A stretch of DNA of 64,000 nucleotides, taken from Balanoglossus misakiensis (taxonomy: Eukaryota > Animalia > Hemichordata). The stretch covers positions 8,112,047 through 8,176,046 of the forward strand of contig CM082591.2 in the NCBI GenBank assembly GCA_040954595.2, in the 5' to 3' direction. Shown piece after piece: positions 61,927 through 64,000 of the stretch. Under the pieces are notes generated by a model, which saw nothing but the letters and a program-made list of their open reading frames with translations, was not told where the DNA came from and searched no databases. Position 1 is the first letter of the stretch; each line of letters begins with the position of its first letter. The translations under genes and the position numbers were made by a program.

Positions 61927-64000
61927 TTAAAACTATTTCACTGCCATTGACAATTGTAGTAGAACTAGAAATCTCATATGTAAGAATGGCCCCATGTTGT
62001 TTACATGACCTGGTGTACCTGCCATCCATACTCAGTGCTTTCAGAATTGATTGGCTTTATTTTCTATAATGATCTGGTGCCCTGTTAGGTCTGTGAGGTT
62101 TTTCCCTGGCACGCTATCTGGAATTGAAAAAATGTGAACTGGGAAGTCGGTCACTGATAAGTGACATGACACAACCGTGGGGTTGCCACAGACAGAATGT
62201 TGCCTGCCTATGATATGACAGGATGTAGTATTAAAGGGACATTAGGTTTAACTTTTCGCTTTTCCAGTATTTTTGTTCTGTGTATCAAATGATATTTCTT
62301 GCTCTACCTCAAACAGCATGCTAATATACCCAGTACTCCACTTGTCAACATATCCTGTATGTGTGTAACGGCCATTGTTACTGTTGACAGATGAATTCTA
62401 GACTGGACTTGAATTCAAATTTTGCACAATAGCAATGCTGACGGGTATACACATATATGTAGTGCTGATAAGCTAAATAATTGGCATTTCGTCATGTTTG
62501 AGGAATTTGAAAAAGAAACTGCAGTAGATACACACAAAACAAAAATACTGAAAACAGAGACAAAAGTTATAGCCAATGGAGCTTTAAAAATTATGTGCAG
62601 CCACCAAAGTCGGAAACGTCCAAGGGTTGTCCTGGTGCATGTATGTTCTGCTGTTGAGAATTCATCACTTACAAGACAAATGTTATCTGTTCAGATCAGG
62701 TTATAGTTCCATCTCATTGAGCAAACATACACAAACATGTTTATAATACTTGCTGAGAGCTCTTTACTTCGCGAGCCTCATCAAACTCCAAAACTGACAA
62801 TTCAATAGCACAGCTTGTAAGATGGCCGCATCTACTGGTTGTCAGTGGTGACTACCATTTTGCAATTTTTAGTAGTCAGTAACGAGAATTGGTAGTCAGT
62901 TGCCATGTGACTACCTGGTATTGCTAACTTTGAGCCCTGCAATGCATGTATGCATGAAAAATCTCCATATACATGTATAAAATCCAAGATGGTCACTAGT
63001 TGATTGCCTGCCAGTCTCTCTTTTAATTCAGTACGGATACACAATGTGGCAACGCTAATTTCTTTTCTCTTTAAAATACCGTCTTCCCTCCTCCCCCCTT
63101 CAACCAAGTTAAATGGTGAAACGCAGTTAGTAAATAGAGTGATTTACTGTACTTGTGCAATTTTATTTTCTATTTGAAAGATCTATGACAATTCATTTCC
63201 AGTGGGAATGGGACAAAACTGTGAGCTAAACAGCCATCATGGTTACAAAGAACACCCAACAATATTTCACAAGGATTACCTGATTCTCTCGGGACCAGAA
63301 GATAGCTGCTCTAGGCTATGACATACAGTACATCAATAGAGTGTGAGACACATTAATTGTGCATGCTTTCTGAGAATGTAAATTTTCGAGTCGTTACCTA
63401 TTTTCCCGAAGCATTCACTTGGCAGAGGCCATTAAACGGAAAACTGAAACCACAGTAAAACATTGTGAAAGGGAACAAACCAAAATTGCAAATGAGGGGT
63501 GTTTATTTTTGACTCCTATTGTTCAGGCTTAGCATGTGTCTAATGGACATGCATGAGCTGTACTGGTGGCCACACATACTGGCCCCAGGGAACTGGGCAG
63601 AAAATTTCTTTTGTTTTTTTTTGGAAGTAAGAAAAATTCTGTGTGTCTTCACTACTTGTACGACCACTCCTTAAAAGAAACATATAGTACTTCTCATGAG
63701 TCGATCTCAGAGAATTTAAGTTAAAAAGAGATTAATAGTAATTTATTGTGTTTTGGGAAATTTTAAATTGCATAGTGGTGGAGGGCCTGTGGTCAGGGGG
63801 ACCTCCGCTTAAGAATGAGATAATGAGTTGGCATTGCTTTGTGAATGCATTCATCCACTAGAGTTAATTTCTTGCATTGGTTAGTTGAAAGGGTTTAGCT
63901 GGATTATAATGCGGTTGAAATTCGTTCCTTGACTGGAGTTTGGCAGTGATTTTAAAAGCTCCTAAAAACAAATCAAGGCCACTATGTGAATAGTCGCAGC

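Overview
Eukaryotic, AT-rich, intron-rich animal DNA. It looks like a marine invertebrate deuterostome such as a hemichordate, but that is an inference. Three complete multi-exon genes lie in tandem on the + strand, each reconstructed by hand from GT-AG sites and frame/phase checks: a ZNF143/ZNF76 (Staf) 7-zinc-finger transcription factor (CDS 4125-15818, 621 aa), an ethanolamine kinase (20839-32540, 355 aa) and a KIF18-type kinesin-8 (35305-47924, about 1132 aa). The kinesin has an apparent 1-nt deletion in exon 3 that shifts the conserved SYLE|VYNE motif out of frame. A probable fourth + strand gene starts with a TATA/Inr-like promoter and a signal-peptide micro-exon at 51469-51514. Introns and UTRs are full of non-autonomous DNA transposons (many TTAA-flanked, some nested) and carry a young 5'-truncated LINE with a 13-bp TSD. 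The most unusual items are a 203-bp [piggyBac-type MITE + spacer] tandem array present at two loci in opposite orientation, a 1.83-kb TIR element with a 4-bp TSD and gene remnants, MITE-borne Staf-like binding sites, and a decayed 18S rRNA fragment. I found no prokaryotic features or CRISPR array, and nothing I can firmly call a new biological system. No database searches were run.
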